Below the pieces are notes generated by a model. The model did not search any database and had not been told where the DNA came from. It saw only the letters and a list, made by a program, of their open reading frames with translations. A DNA stretch of 64,000 nucleotides from Proteromonas lacertae (lineage: Eukaryota), in contig NGBS01000872.1 of the NCBI GenBank assembly GCA_002245135.1, forward strand, positions 372,001 to 436,000. Reading direction: 5' to 3'. Made by a program: the position numbers and the translations under genes. Positions 26,895 to 40,531 of the stretch are shown in pieces (position 1 is the first letter of the stretch; every line of letters starts with the position of its first letter).

Positions 26895-29800
26895 CCATTG
26901 TTGTACTTTCAAAATCATCTTCAATAGTTGTATCTTGATTCATATCTTTAGTATTGCTAATTACATTTATTTCTGATTCAAATTCATCAGGAATTTCATC
27001 ATTATAATCATAATTTTGTTTTTCTTCCGCTGTAACTTTCGGAGAATGAGAAGAATCAAAATCATCTGAGATGATTACTTCTGCTTCATCTTTATTTGGA
27101 AGTTTAGGTGAATGAGAAATCTCAAAATCATCAGGAATCTCTTCTGAAATTACATTTTCTGTGGGAAGTTTAGGTGAATGGGATGATTCAAAATCATCAG
27201 ATATAATTTCTGGTAGATCTGAAGAAGGAATTTTTGGAGAATGTGAAGATTCAAAATCGTCACTAATAACAGCAGCTTCTTCATTTTGAACTATATCATC
27301 ATTTTGTACTATATTTCGTTTGTTTGATGTTGAATCATTTTCAAATACATCATCATCTGGTATTTCTGGTGCATCATCTAAATGATTTGAAAATGTTGGT
27401 ATTTGCTTTTTTGTATTAGTTGTTTCATCAAATTTACTATCTTCAAAAGTATCTAAAAACGGTTGACTTTCTATAATTGTAGCTGGTTCTACTTTTGATT
27501 GATCATTCACATTCTCATCAACTTCAGTCATCTTTGATTCGTTTATAACATCTGAACTAGAATGACTTCTTCCAGATTTTGGTTTTTCATAATCATCACC
27601 ATCATTCTTTTCATCATATCCTACTTCATTATCATATTCTCTATTTTCATTCTGATTATCTTCAAAATTGGATAATTCTTCATTAATTTCATCATCATCA
27701 TGTTGTTGTTGTTGTTGTTGTATTAATTTCTCTTTTTCTTCTTCATCAAAATTATTCTCTTCATTCTGATTATTCTTTATTGTATCAATCTCTTCATTAG
27801 AAATATTTGAATCATTATCTGATTGAGATTCTTTTTTCATTATTATATTCTGATTATTCTTTTGTTTATCAATAACAGAATCAATATTCTTTGGTATTAC
27901 TTCTTCATTTTCACTATTCTCATTGCTAATATCCTCTAATTCTTTATTTATATTTCTCTTTGCATTAGTTGATGTGTTGTATGATTTTGGATAAGGATGT
28001 TTCTCATTGTTATTCTCATAGAATTGATTTAATTTGAATTCTTTTATCTCTTTAATTGTTTTGCTTGGAATAACTGGCTGTTGTTGTTTCTGACTATTAT
28101 AATATTGATTTTTACTACTGTTTCTTGTATGTAAAGGAGAAAACTTTTCATTAGAATGTCTCAATTTTTGCTTATTTGTATATGGATCTTTTGTGTTTAT
28201 AATTGGATTTTCAGGTTGTATAAAAGTCAATACATAATTATCACCATTTATTCTATCATCATAATCATTTTGTTGAAGTTCATTATCATCATTTTGGCAT
28301 GTATCTTTCCTCGATAACATCATTGTTATAGTTTGGTGGATCAGGAGCATATTGTGAATCATTATAACTATTGGAGTAATAGGATCTTGGCATTTCTGTT
28401 TGTATTTTGTTATTATCATAGTCATCATCATCACTATTATCACTTTCATCATCACCACTATAATCATAACTATGAACATAATGATTATTATCATTAAACT
28501 CTTCATTATAATAGTTTTTACCATGTTTAGCATTATTATTATTATTATTATGATATCTAGTATTAATATACTGTTGTTCTTGTTGAAAATATTCATTATT
28601 AAGATTGTCGTCATTATTGATGTAATTATCATCATCATTTTCTAAAGTCAGTATGATAGTACTGTTGTTGTAGAGGAGGAGAAGGAGCTGTTTTTGGTCT
28701 ATTATAACTATCTCTTAATTTCTTTTTCACTAGTCTTGTTGGTTTTTTATTCTTCCCTAAAGTATTGTAATTGAATTTATAAGAAGTAGATGGTGATGAT
28801 TTTTGCACTGATGAAGATCTATGTTTAGTTTTACCTTTAACAGATTTCTTTGAAAGAGATGATGGAATTGTTATTTTTGTACTTGCATATAAACTGCCTA
28901 TTTTAGAAGTGGGATATAATGGTTGGGATCTTGATTGATAATATGTCGACATTTTTGGTGCTGCTGAAGATGATCTTTTTACTTTCTTTTTATGTTTTTT
29001 AACTACTTTTCTTGGTAATTCTACTTCTTCATATTGTTGAGTATAATCTCCATTGTAAGGAGAAAATTGTTGTTGTTGTGGTGGTGGTGGTGAATAATGT
29101 TGAGAATGAGAATCAGGCAGGAGAAGGATAAGATGCTGTTTGATTAACAATCTGTAGTTTCTGTAACATTTCTAATGTCTTTGTTAATTGTTCATTCTTT
29201 TCTTGGAATAATTGACTATAATGTTCTAACTTTGAATTTAAATCTTCAATATATTTATCTTTCTTTTCATTTTCTTTTAATAATTGTATTGTTTTCTTCT
29301 TTAATTTGCTTGGATCCATTTTTTCAATATCTTCTTTTTGTAGAGGAGTTTTTGATTTTGATGTTGAATTAGATTGTGGTGGTGGTGGTGGTGGTTCTTC
29401 ATTTAATTCATTATTCTTATCTGGTGTAACAAGTGTATTATTATTAGACGATGTTTCTCTATTAATACTTCTATAACTAGTATTCATATTATTAGTGTTA
29501 TCTCTATTTCTATTAGTAGTATTTGTAACATCATATGGTGATTTTGTAGGTGAAATAATTGATCTATAATCTGTAGTAAATTCATTTGATTTCTTTGTAG
29601 GACTAGCAATTCTACCTCCTGTACTGTTTGCAGTTTCAGAGAACCTATTAGATTTTTCAATCTGAGGCTAATAGAATATAAACTAATTAATAATATACTA
29701 AATAACCCCATCTTCTCAAAGTTGCTAATACTCTTGGATGTATATCATTTGGCATTTTCCTTCTATTATCATCACACGATTTTTCCAATAAGGACAAGGT

Positions 29801-30846
29801 CACTGGATCAATGTGATTTCCTTTCAAATCAAAGGCTAATAAAGATCTATTTGACTTAACTAAGCTAACAATTGATTCAGTTGTTCTATTTGTAACATCA
29901 TTATTCCTGAAACATATTCCTCTAATCCATTCATCATTCATTAATACAGAACACAATTTATGTACAGTCGCATCAGATATATGATTACCGTGCATTTCAA
30001 TAGCGCACAAACCTTGACTTACTGGTTTTGCATAAGAACCACCTCTTAATTGATTGAACCATAAACCATCAATACTATAATGCGTTTGTTGTTTGATTAT
30101 TCCAGCAAGATGTGTACCTGTTTTATCGGTTAGATTGCAATCAGAAAAATTCAATTCGATGAATAAATGATTATCTTTAATACAATCTAACAAATATATT
30201 GCAGCATCATCACCAATTCTACATTTATATAGATTTAAATATTCTATGCTTTTACATCTCAACAAAATCTATTGTTAATATATATAAGTATGTATATATA
30301 CATTTCCAAGTGCTTTAATTGAAGCAGATCTTAGTTTAATCCCAGATAAATTGATTTCTTTTAAATTATTCTCACTTTGTAAAGCACATTTTGATATTGA
30401 ACGTAATAGCGATGCTTGTGGATGAATATCATTAACTAGTGGTTCTATCCTTCCTCTTGCTAATAATGCACGGGTTACTCTATTAGGACAACTACCAGCA
30501 CCAACGGTTAAACATATTCTAGAAATTAAATATTTCTATAAAATACTTTCTTACTGATTTCAATTGTAGTAACGTAACACATAATATATCCAAATCATTT
30601 TGTTCATAAGCATCTAAATCAGTAGTACATTCATCTTTTCTATAAAGAATCCAAATATATGATATACTGTAGACTTTTAATTAAGGTTTCATCTTTTCTA
30701 ACACTATCATCTTTATTTACAAGTTGTAGATATATTTGTTGGCATTTTGTGTATGTTCTCAGTGGTTGTGTTGATCTTTCATAGAGTGTCTTCCCTTCTG
30801 ATCTATTTCTTCTCTTTTTATCTGATCCAAGCCTCTCTATACTCAT
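26329..30846 (-). CDS. CEP78: CEP78-like protein: N-terminal LRRs, coiled coil, long acidic low-complexity tail; three apparent +1 frameshifts
   Basis: IIKQQT...W...LR...GL...N...DEWIR...TN...NRSLLAFDLKGNHID follows the CEP78 LRR block as recalled; frame breaks near 29116, 28643 and 28293. Confidence 0.65.
26835..26893. repeat. (TTA)n microsatellite encoding poly-Asn
   Basis: Uninterrupted TTA run within the 26329 ORF. Confidence 0.95.
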
Positions 30847-31005
30847 CAACAGTTATTAATTTCAAATCTATTGTTTGAGGCTTGAGGAGAAGAATTTCGA
30901 TAAATATAGAAATATTAGATGTAATATTTTCATAATTTTCATATTTAGCAAAACACAAACAACAACCACTAAATTAATAATTAAATTAGTAAATACGTAA
31001 AAAAA

Positions 31006-31281
31006 TCAATTGTTTAACATAATATCAGCTATTCCAAATTCATCATATATATCTTGTATTTTTTGATCAACTTTTTCATTCTTATAACACCGACTTCTAC
31101 CACTTTCTTGACCATAATATTCTTCTATCAAATTCTTTATATCATTGTCATAATTTTTTTCACAATTATCATCTCGAATTAACGTAGGTGATTTTATTTC
31201 ACAATTTTCTCTAGTATCAGAATTACCAGATACAATATCGTCGTAGAGTTGTAGTATATCTGTAAATGATGAATTATCCAA
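31006..31281 (-). CDS. Small protein, paralog of 32560-32808; start codon unresolved
   Basis: Shares KSP...YD.DIK.L.EE.YG..S.R...D....IYDEFGI.DIML with the 32560 ORF; ORF track start is TTG and no in-frame ATG was found. Confidence 0.6.
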   Translation of the reverse strand: MDNSSFTDILQLYDDIVSGNSDTRENCEIKSPTLIRDDNCEKNYDNDIKNLIEEYYGQESGRSRCYKNEKVDQKIQDIYDEFGIADIMLNN

Positions 31282-31562
31282 CTTATTGTATATATATATC
31301 TAAAAAATTTTAAAAAATCACTAAAAAGGAGTGAGTTTTGAATTTTGATTCAACTATACACAATAGAAAAACAAATTATACATTCCACGTTTATGATAAT
31401 GCTAAATTTTGTAAGTCACTTGATAAAGCAAAAAAATGAAAGAAAATGAATCGGTTGGTTGAGATTTGTGGGTTACGAATATTTTCAATAACCGCAATTT
31501 AAAATTTTGTTTTTTTTCTTCATCAACACAATATTTTATATATTTAATGTATTTTCAATTAA

Positions 31563-32278
31563 TTACATAGGAGGAGCAACCATAGCACCAGGAGGTGCAG
31601 CAATGGCAGAAGCATGACCGTTCATTATGTCCTGTATTTGTAAATCAGCATATATCTTTTGTAAAGCTTCATCAGCTTCACCTGATATATCTTCTCCATC
31701 GTCCATCATTTCATCCATCATATTCATTCTTTCATCACTCTCTGTCATTGCTCTATTAAACTCATTCAAATTCTCTTGAATAGCTCCCATATCTGTAGCT
31801 TTATTCATTACATCTAATGCCTATTATTTTATTTTATTAATTCAGTAAATATACTTGTGTAGCTACTTTCATTACGTCCTGTAGTTTGGCTGTAGAATTA
31901 GCACACTATTTAATAATTATACTTCATAGTCATACTTGAACTTTCATTCTCAAAGCTAAAATCCTAGTTCTCATCAACATAAATCTTTCTGCTACTTTTT
32001 TTGTTCTTACTAATGACTCACAACGAATTTTTAGCTGTTCCTATTCAAAGAATAAATATGATTCTTTATACTCTACTGGCTCCTTTTCTTGCTTCTAGTT
32101 TTATTTGATTTTCAAGTTTTGCTACATCCATTTCAGCTCGTTTCTGTTCTTTCTCCATTTGTTTACACAAATGTTTCAATTCATACATTTTCTCGTCTAT
32201 TTCCTCCTGTGGATCTTTAGGTGGTGGTGGTGGTTTCTTTTAAATTAAAAAAATAATTTATACACTGAACCAAGGCAT
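31563..32278 (-). CDS. ESCRT-III (Snf7 family, Vps2/Did2-like) subunit
   Basis: MPWFS|KPPPPKDPQEEIDEKMYELKHLCKQMEKEQKRAE...SLVRTKK..ERF.LMR; acidic C-half MNMMDEMMDD...EADEALQKIYADL; four mini-introns. Confidence 0.85.
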
Positions 32279-32559
32279 GTTTTTTAAAAAAGAAAAGTTT
32301 GGGCAACAAAAAGTTTCACTCAAATAATTGTCAAATTTACAGTAGATATATTACAGTGTTTGAACAATGTTCATGATATGAAAAAGAGTTAATAGTGTGA
32401 TTTTGATGATTTCTATTACCAACAATTCTAAAATAAACATATTCTATATTAATGAAGAAATTAATTCATTATATTCAGTATATCCAACCATATAATAATG
32501 AGCTGGAATTGTAAAATAAGAGACATATTAAATTACATACTACTTAACACATTTTTATA

Positions 32560-32808
32560 TTAGTCTTTTTTTTCACCACCAATAGATCTCAACATAATAT
32601 CTGTTATGCCAAATTCATCATATATCTGTTTCAAATCAGGATCTATCTGATTTAAATCCCTACAACTACTACATCTACTACTATCAGGACCATACCACTC
32701 TTCCAGTAATTTTTTAATATCACTATCATATTCTGCAGTTCCACTATTCGTATGTCTAAATTTCGGAGACTTTAAAATAAATTCTTTGAATTCTTGACCT
32801 GTAGACAT
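32560..32808 (-). CDS. Small 82-aa protein, paralog of 31006-31281
   Basis: ATG-to-TAA intronless ORF with the shared YD.DIK...IYDEFGI.DIML motifs. Confidence 0.7.
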   Translation of the reverse strand: MSTGQEFKEFILKSPKFRHTNSGTAEYDSDIKKLLEEWYGPDSSRCSSCRDLNQIDPDLKQIYDEFGITDIMLRSIGGEKKD

Positions 32809-33023
32809 TATTTATTATACTAATGTTTATAAATTAATAAAATATAATTATATAAATGGAGAGTGAATTAAGTAACACCTAAATGACAAAGAAATTTAAA
32901 ATAACAATTCTTAAAAAAATACCTGTATTATGTTGTCTTTCATGTATTTGTTTTTTTCACACAAAACAAAACAATCCAAAATAATATATTTATTATATAT
33001 ATAAATAGCATACTCTAAACGAT

Positions 33024-36000
33024 TCAAATTCCAAAATAATCAATTCCATTCACAATAAATTCACAAATCCATTCCATTCTTTGTTTTATTTGATCCATTG
33101 TCTGTTCTAATTCATCGTGTATTAAATTATCTTCATGACATTCACTCTTCTCTACAACACCTGCATTATTGAACTTTCCTTGTGTAATTGACATATCTTC
33201 TAATCGTTTTATTAATTCTAAAGCATGAATAACAATCTCTCTGGTTTCTTTTAACTCTGCTATTGTTTCAACTATTTTTTGATAATTTTCATTGTTGACT
33301 TCCTGCATATAACTTCTCTTAAACTTCTTTCTGTAATTTGGAGTTGCTTGTAAATCATTCCATAGATTGTTAAGTATCATATAAGCACCTTTGAATAGAC
33401 TATCTTGAATTTCTGCAGTTTCTGAATCAAATGTAGCAGATGTTTTGAACATAGTAGAAGAAGAAACTTGAGCAGCATTATACAACTTACTATTTGACCA
33501 ATCAAAATACATGTAATTTGACATATTATTACTTGAACTGCCTTGCCCTCTTCTACCACTTGCCATTCTTGATTTGTCACTTCTTCTTGTTAATGGACTA
33601 TTTGGAGTAACTGGGGTCTTTGTTCGGTTATTACTATTACTATCATTGTTAGTTGAATAATATCCATCTGATGTGGATGTTGTTTTAAATGTAGAAGTTT
33701 TACTACCTTGTTGTTGTTTTGTAGACATTTGTGATGTTCGTTTTGCAGGAAGAGATTGAGATTTTGCTACAGTTCTTGTTGGAGAGTATGCTGTTGCTGG
33801 ACTTGGTGCATCTATTGGAGATACAGCTTTGCCTTGTTTCAATGCATGGATTAAATACTTCTGTCTCATTAATTCTGTCATTGAATATGGTATATCTTTC
33901 GTTTTATATGTTTCATTTATCATTTGGAATGTAAAGTATTGCAAATCTTTATTTGGAATAGTTTCTATTTGTGGATGGAGAAGTAAATCTGAATATTGCA
34001 TCATGATCTTTAGTAGCAAATCTTGTAGTGAAGTTTTGTTCTAATTGTCTTAATCTCTGTTCTTGTAACTTCTTTTTTGATGGTTTCTTCTTCTTTCCCA
34101 TTGGAGCTACTAAAGCTGCTTGTATTTTAGCTTCAATATGCACTAGTTTGATATGATCAGGAGAATCTGGAGGAACAGTTAATTGTTCTTTATCGATTAT
34201 CATCATTTATTGGCACTAACTCTCTTATTCTTTGATGATATCTATTGGCTTGATTTGCATGGAAAACTGAATCACATGTTTGACATAACAACTTATTACA
34301 CTTTATACACATCAATTCTCCAATCATTTCACCACAATTATCACATTTCTGATACATTTCTTGTAACTTTTCCATCAATTCATCATCACTTAATTTATCC
34401 CATTGAGGTGGATAATGAATTTTATTCCAATCAGTTCTTCTCATTGGACCTGGAGCTCCAGATGATCTTAAATTATCATCTTCAATTTCATCTTCTACTT
34501 TCATACTTTCTTCTAAATCTTGTTCATCTGCTTGTACACCAATTTCAGCAAATTGATCTGGCTCTGGCTCTTGTTCTGGTTCTTTTGGCGGTTCTGGTTC
34601 AGGCTCTTTCTTTTCAACGGGTTTCTTCTTCTTAGGGTGTGGAAATCTTGGAACTGGTGGTTTACGAGGAGGTTTCTCTTCTTTTACTGGTTCAACTGGC
34701 TTCTTCTTCTTTGGATGAGGAAACACTGGAACAGGTGGATTTTTCTTTGGTGCTGGCGGTGGTGATTCTTCCTTCTTCTTTTTGGGAGGAGAATTCTTAC
34801 GTTGAGGTGGTTTCTTTGGTGGTGATTGTGGTTTTTTCTTTGGTTCGGCAACATCAGTTTTTTCTTTTTCAACTGGCTTTTCTTCTTTTTCAGATTCATC
34901 TTTTTCATTGCTTTTCTTCTTTTTCAGATTCTTCTTCTTCAATTGGCTTTTCTTCCTTTTCAAATTCATCTTTTTCAATTGGCTTTTCTTCTTTTTCAGA
35001 TTCATCTTTTTCAATTGGCTTTTCTTCTTTTTCAGATTCATCTTTTTCAATTGGCTTTTCTTCTTTTTCAAATTCATCTTCTTCAATTGGCTTTTCTTCT
35101 TCTTCAGCTGGTTTTTCATCTTCTCCATCTAAATTATATAAATTATCTTCATTTTCATTTTTTGGCTTTTCTTCAAGCATAGCTAAATCATCATCATTAT
35201 TGCTTTCATTATTTTCTTTTTTCTCTTCTTCGTTTGCTTCACCTTGAGGTTTTTCATTTAAAAAGTCTAAATCATTGTCATTATCATCCTCTGATGGTTT
35301 TTCTTCTGCCTCATTTTCGTTCTTATCCATAGATTCAAATTCTTCATCTTCATTCTCTTCTTCTGCATTCTCATTCTCTCCTCCATTTTCTACAGTTTCA
35401 CCTTCCTCAGTTGATTTTTCTCCTTCTTCTGTTGGTTTTTCTCCACCTTCTTCTGTTGGTTTTTCTCCACCTTCTTCTGTTGTTTCATTTTCATTGGTTT
35501 TTCTTCATCTTCTTCTGTTGTTTTTCTTCTCCTTCTTCTGTTAGGTTTTTCTTCTCCTTCTTCTGTTGTTTCTCCTTCTTCTGTTGGTTTTTCTCCACCT
35601 TCTTCTGTTGTTTCATTTTCAATTGGTTGTTCTTCATCCTTCTTCTGTTGGTTGTTCTTCACCTTCTTCTGTTGGTTGTTCTTCTCCTTCTGTAACTTGT
35701 TCTTTACCTTCTTCTGTTGTTTCTCCTTCTTCTGTTGGTTGTTCTCCACCTTCTTCTGTTGTTTCTCCTTCTTCTGTTGTTTTTTCTTCACCTTCTTCTG
35801 TTAGTTTTTCTTCTCCTTCTGTAACTTGTTCTTTACCTTCTTCTGTAGTTTCATCTTCTGTTGGTTGTTCTCCACCTTCTTCTGTTGTTTCTCCTTCTTC
35901 TGTTGGTTGTTCTCCACCTTCTTCTGTTGTTTCATTTTCAATTGGTTGTTCTTCATCTTCTTCTGTTGGTTGTTCTTCACCTTCTTCTGGTTTTTCTATT

Positions 36001-36467
36001 TCTTCAACTTCATTATTTTCATCTTTATTTTCTTCATCATTCTTTATTTCTTCAACTGTATTATCATTATTTTGTTCATTATTTTCATTTGCTTCATTGT
36101 TTTCTACATTCTCTGAATTCATAAAAGATTCTACTTCATCTCCTTCATTTTCTATTTTTTCTCCCTCATTATTGTTAATTTCTTCAACATCATTGCCATT
36201 AATATCTTCAACTAAATTATCATTTTCATTTTGAGTATTATTATCTGCATTTTCTTTATTTTCATCATTTTCTTCTGTATTTTCATTACTTTCTGCATTA
36301 TTATTATTATTTTCTGGATTTTCATTCTCTAATCCATTTTCGTTATTGTTATTATTATCTGCTTCTATATCTTGTTCGTTAGTATTTAAATTACCATCTT
36401 CCTGTGTATTTGTTGTACTGCCTCCATCAAAAGTATCATCAAAAGATTCTATATCATAGTCATTCAT
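33024..36467 (-). CDS. Large protein with acidic tandem repeats, Pro/Lys-rich segment and B-box zinc finger; several frameshifts
   Basis: ATG 36467 (MNDYDIESFDD); CDNC...CIKCNKLLCQTCDSVFH......HQR B-box; ORF pieces join across single-base indels near 35637, 35540-35475, 34908, 34198, 34036. Confidence 0.7.
34870..35990 (-). repeat. Coding tandem repeats
   Basis: 36-bp unit EKPIEKDESEKE (about 34870-35105) and 21-24-bp units TEEGGEQP / TEEGET / TEEGKEQV (about 35400-35990). Confidence 0.9.
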
Positions 36468-36652
36468 TACAAAACTGTTGTTTTTATATTCTAAAACGAC
36501 AAAACGGTCATTATTTTTTAAATGACAACTCCAACACACATTCCTAATGAAGTATCGCAATTTGTTGAAATAAAATTAGATCAAGTTCCTGAAGCGATTG
36601 ACATACTAGTATACTTGAAATTATTTTTTATTCAATTAGAAAATAGAAATAA

Positions 36653-38521
36653 ATGAAGATCAAAGAAGACGTTTATATAAACAAATTGATACAATTAAAC
36701 ATAATCTTCAGGATGAAAGAATGATTATTTGGGTTAATGTGAAACAATCTTTTAGGAGAAGAAACGATATGTTTTGGCCATGTATAGTATGTCTTATTTA
36801 AGTCATAATTGATATTATTAGGAATGGAATAAAGCTTTATTGAGAGGCAAAGGCTATATCGATATTACAGTAGAAGCAACAAAGACTGGTAAGTTCATAG
36901 TTGAATATTTAGGTTATTTAGAGAATAGAAGAATGTATTTTAATAAAAATGATTATATAATATATAGAATCTGTGTTGAAGGTGATAATGTATATAATTA
37001 CAGTGAAAATCATGAACCTCTACTCTATTATAACGAATTTACAAACATTGAAAAATATAAATGTTATGAAAAATTCTATAAAATTGGAATATTATTACTT
37101 CAAGCAGTATTTTTATAAATATTTATTATATATTTATTATATATAGTCAATAAATTTTGTAAAGAATGAATTGAATGATTATTATGATAGTCCAAGCATG
37201 ATAACTTCATTTAAAAATATACTTACATCAAATAATACTGAAAATAATGATAGAAATCATGATAATAATTCAAGATTAAATATAAACAAGAATAAAAATA
37301 TAAAAAGCAACAATACTAATGATGGGTTATGCAAAATAGAAAAACCAAAGAAAAGGAAGAGAATTGAGATAGAAATGTTTACTAGTGAAAGTAGTGATGA
37401 TGAAAATAATAGCGAAGATATTAACACTCTTATGAATAGTTTTTCACTTCATAAAACAGCTGGACTATCAGATGATATGTTGGACAGTATAGATTCACCA
37501 TATATTGATATAATGGATGATTTAATTACTGGTAATGGCAGTCATAAAATATCATCAAGTGCATCAACTCCTTCATCCACTTCATTTACTCCTTTATTTG
37601 CATCATCTAAAGAAATAACTACTGTAAGAACAAAAGACACATTTTCTTCTCCATCTTCTTCATCGTCAATAACTTCAATAACACCTTCACCACCATCATC
37701 TATACATACACCAGTTGCAGCAGAAATAAATACATCAAATGATAATAATAATCAAATAACATCAGATGGAAATTGTAATAGTAAAGATAATAATATAATA
37801 TCATTTAATGATGGTTGTAGTTCATCTCCTCATTATGTTGATTATGAAAGAGTTGATGATGATTTAGTTACTGCAACACAGATCATATATGATGATAATG
37901 ATGATTACGATATTTATAACAATAATAATGAGAATATATCAGATAGTAAGAGTAAAAAAGAAGAAGTGCAAGATGATGATGATGGTTTTGTAGATAATTC
38001 ACCTGAAATTAAAGATACTTCAGGAATGATAAGAGTTATACAATCTATTAGTAATAATAATAATAATAAAAAAATAAAGATAAAATAATAATAATGACAA
38101 AGTTGCTTTTAATCTTAAATCTTTAGAGAATGATGATAATAATATAAATATTATAAAGAAAAGAAATTCAGTGTTAATAGATGATGATAATGATAATAAT
38201 ATAAATACTAATATAACTACCAATAGCATTATAAACACTAATAAAAATAATGAAAATAATAATGTAATTACAAATACATCAAATAAATCAGTAAGAAGAA
38301 GTTTTTCAATGTTTAGTAGAAATAGAATTAAAAAATCATCCACAACTACTGATAATAACAATTCTTCTGAAGTAAATGATAGTTCAAAATCTATGAAGAG
38401 AAGAATTTCTTTTTTTAGAAGATCAGATAGTAAAAAGCCAAGAGTTGAAACAGAAATAATACCAGAAACTGTAGCTATTGATAAAATTGTTGATATATCA
38501 GAGGGTAGTGATAGTGAATAA
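36653..38521 (+). CDS. Hypothetical protein, N-terminal PWWP/Tudor-like region and long Asn/Ser-rich tail
   Basis: IIWVNVK...FWPCI...FIVEYLG pattern over mini-introns; NLS-like KPKKRKR; frame break near 38085. Confidence 0.5.
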
Positions 38522-38598
38522 CCTATATAATTGTGTGTATTTATTTTTTTAATTTTTTGAAACGGATATGTTTTTGGGACAAAATATTCATCATTGAA

Positions 38599-40478
38599 AT
38601 GTATAACACTAATCAAAGTAATGGTAGTGATAGTAATAAAAATGTCAATATTATTGTTATACGTTGCTTATTAATGTTATGTTACTATGCTAGCATTTTA
38701 ACCAGAAAATATCATGATCATGTGATAGAAATGGGATTATTGGCATTTATAGAAGGATATATTGCATATAAAAGAATGTCCGACAATTACATTAACTGTC
38801 ATATCCTTAAATCCGTGTTCCTTAATATTTTTGATGTTTTGCCTGTTATATCATTATTATTAATATCTGTTATATCAAATAAATCTACAAATCTATTAAA
38901 TAAGTCATTTATATATTCTTCAAAAGTATATTACAATGATTACTTCATACAATCTTTACCAGTTATGTTTGTGATGATTTTATATGTAATGTCTCCTATA
39001 ATAATCTATATATTTCATAAAAAGTTACAAAGAGTGATTATATTCTGTTGTATGTTTTGTTATTTTTATTGTTATTGGTTGTATATGGATGATTATAAGT
39101 TATACTATTCATTAGTGTTTTATATTTTTTCATATTTATTAGGATATATTATTGAAATACCAACATTTTCATTCATTCTTAATAGTTATTGTTCATTTGT
39201 GTTGTTATTGTTATTCTTAATAACCAATATGAAATATGACATTTTACAATATTCATATCATTTTATTTTAATTCCTTATATGCTTTTATCTTCAACTATA
39301 AGTGTTACAGATTGCAGTAGCTTGCATGGATTTGATAATAAACAACGTAATACTATGATTCTCTATAATCTGCACAGTATGTTTAATAAATCATATAATG
39401 GATTTAATCAAGTTGTTGAAATGTTAGTGTATATTGTAATATGTTGTGCTTTTGGTGTTGTTAATAACTTTAATAGAAAGATTCAATTGACTTTATGCTT
39501 CTTGTTGACTATCCCATTTTATTATATGTATATCCTCAATTCAGCTAATAATTCAGCCTTTAATAATATAGTTATTATTGAGGATAATCAGATAGATAAT
39601 AGATTAATTCCAGTTTATTCTCATCAGTTTAAAGCATCAATAAACTACGATGAAATAATTCCAGATTCGCATTGTCCACCATCTATTTATTACTCAGATA
39701 TCTTATGTAATATTAAACTAATGGATAATGTTAGTGTGAAAGATGATATGAAATATATACTTTCAATTGGTGATTCAAAATCAATAGAATTGTTATACTT
39801 GTTAAAACCATATTCTATTCAAAGAAATATGATTATATTATCCTACATGGTAAACAGTAATACTTCTTTAATAATGCAAGAAATGAACGATTTATTCACT
39901 AAGAGATTATTTAACAAAAAGGTAGAATTAATTGTGACTTTGTTCAGTGATAATGAAATATACAATAATTATGGATTATTATCACTGCTTATCAAATAAA
40001 GCTAGAAGTGTTATATTATTTCAATCTGAACAAATTAACAGCAGTTTCAGCTGTTATAGCTGTTTAAAAGAGGAATCAAAATATTGTTATTTCCAATAAT
40101 GATGTTAAAGAAAATAACAATATAGCTGATTATTATCACAATAATATATCAAATATTCACACTATTGATCTATTCAAAGATGAATTGTGCTATAACAATG
40201 TATGCTCGTGTATAATTGATAATTATCAAGTATATGATGAATTTAATCGTTTAAGTCCATTCATATTGATGAATTTTTATCATAAAATGGAAGAGATCAT
40301 TGATAATATAATCGCTTTCAAAGATCAGATAATAAGTCATACAAATGAAGCAGATTTTTCAATCTATACTCTTAGCAAGGAATTTGTGATAAACTGTAAA
40401 AAATCATTAGTAAAAGATAGTGGTGATTATGAAATATTAAAAGAAAGAGAAAAGTATATTTATAATTGTATTTTATAA
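38599..40478 (+). CDS. Divergent acyltransferase-3 (OafA-like) membrane protein fused to SGNH-like domain
   Basis: About 10 hydrophobic segments; IRCLLML, AFIEGYI, DVLP echo AT3 LRG.A / FF.LSGF / RI.P; ILSIGDSKS and C....C.......YDEFNRLS echo SGNH GDSHA and Y.D..HLS; frame breaks near 39995 and 40091; ends approximate. Confidence 0.55.
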
Positions 40479-40531
40479 CGAATATAAGAATATTATTATC
40501 AAGCCGAGCTTTTTCTAAATATTCTAAAGAA

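Noticed and set aside
28300..28638. Hydrophobic Met/Ile-rich N-terminus of the 769-aa ORF as a membrane anchor
   Set aside because: Wrong-frame reading of an Asn/Asp-rich segment lying between two frameshifts.
34183..36234. Many plus-strand Phe/Leu/Ser-rich ORFs (likewise 25788-26225, 26671-26976, 38020-38616)
   Set aside because: Antisense shadows of Glu/Lys/Asn-rich coding sequence on the opposite strand.
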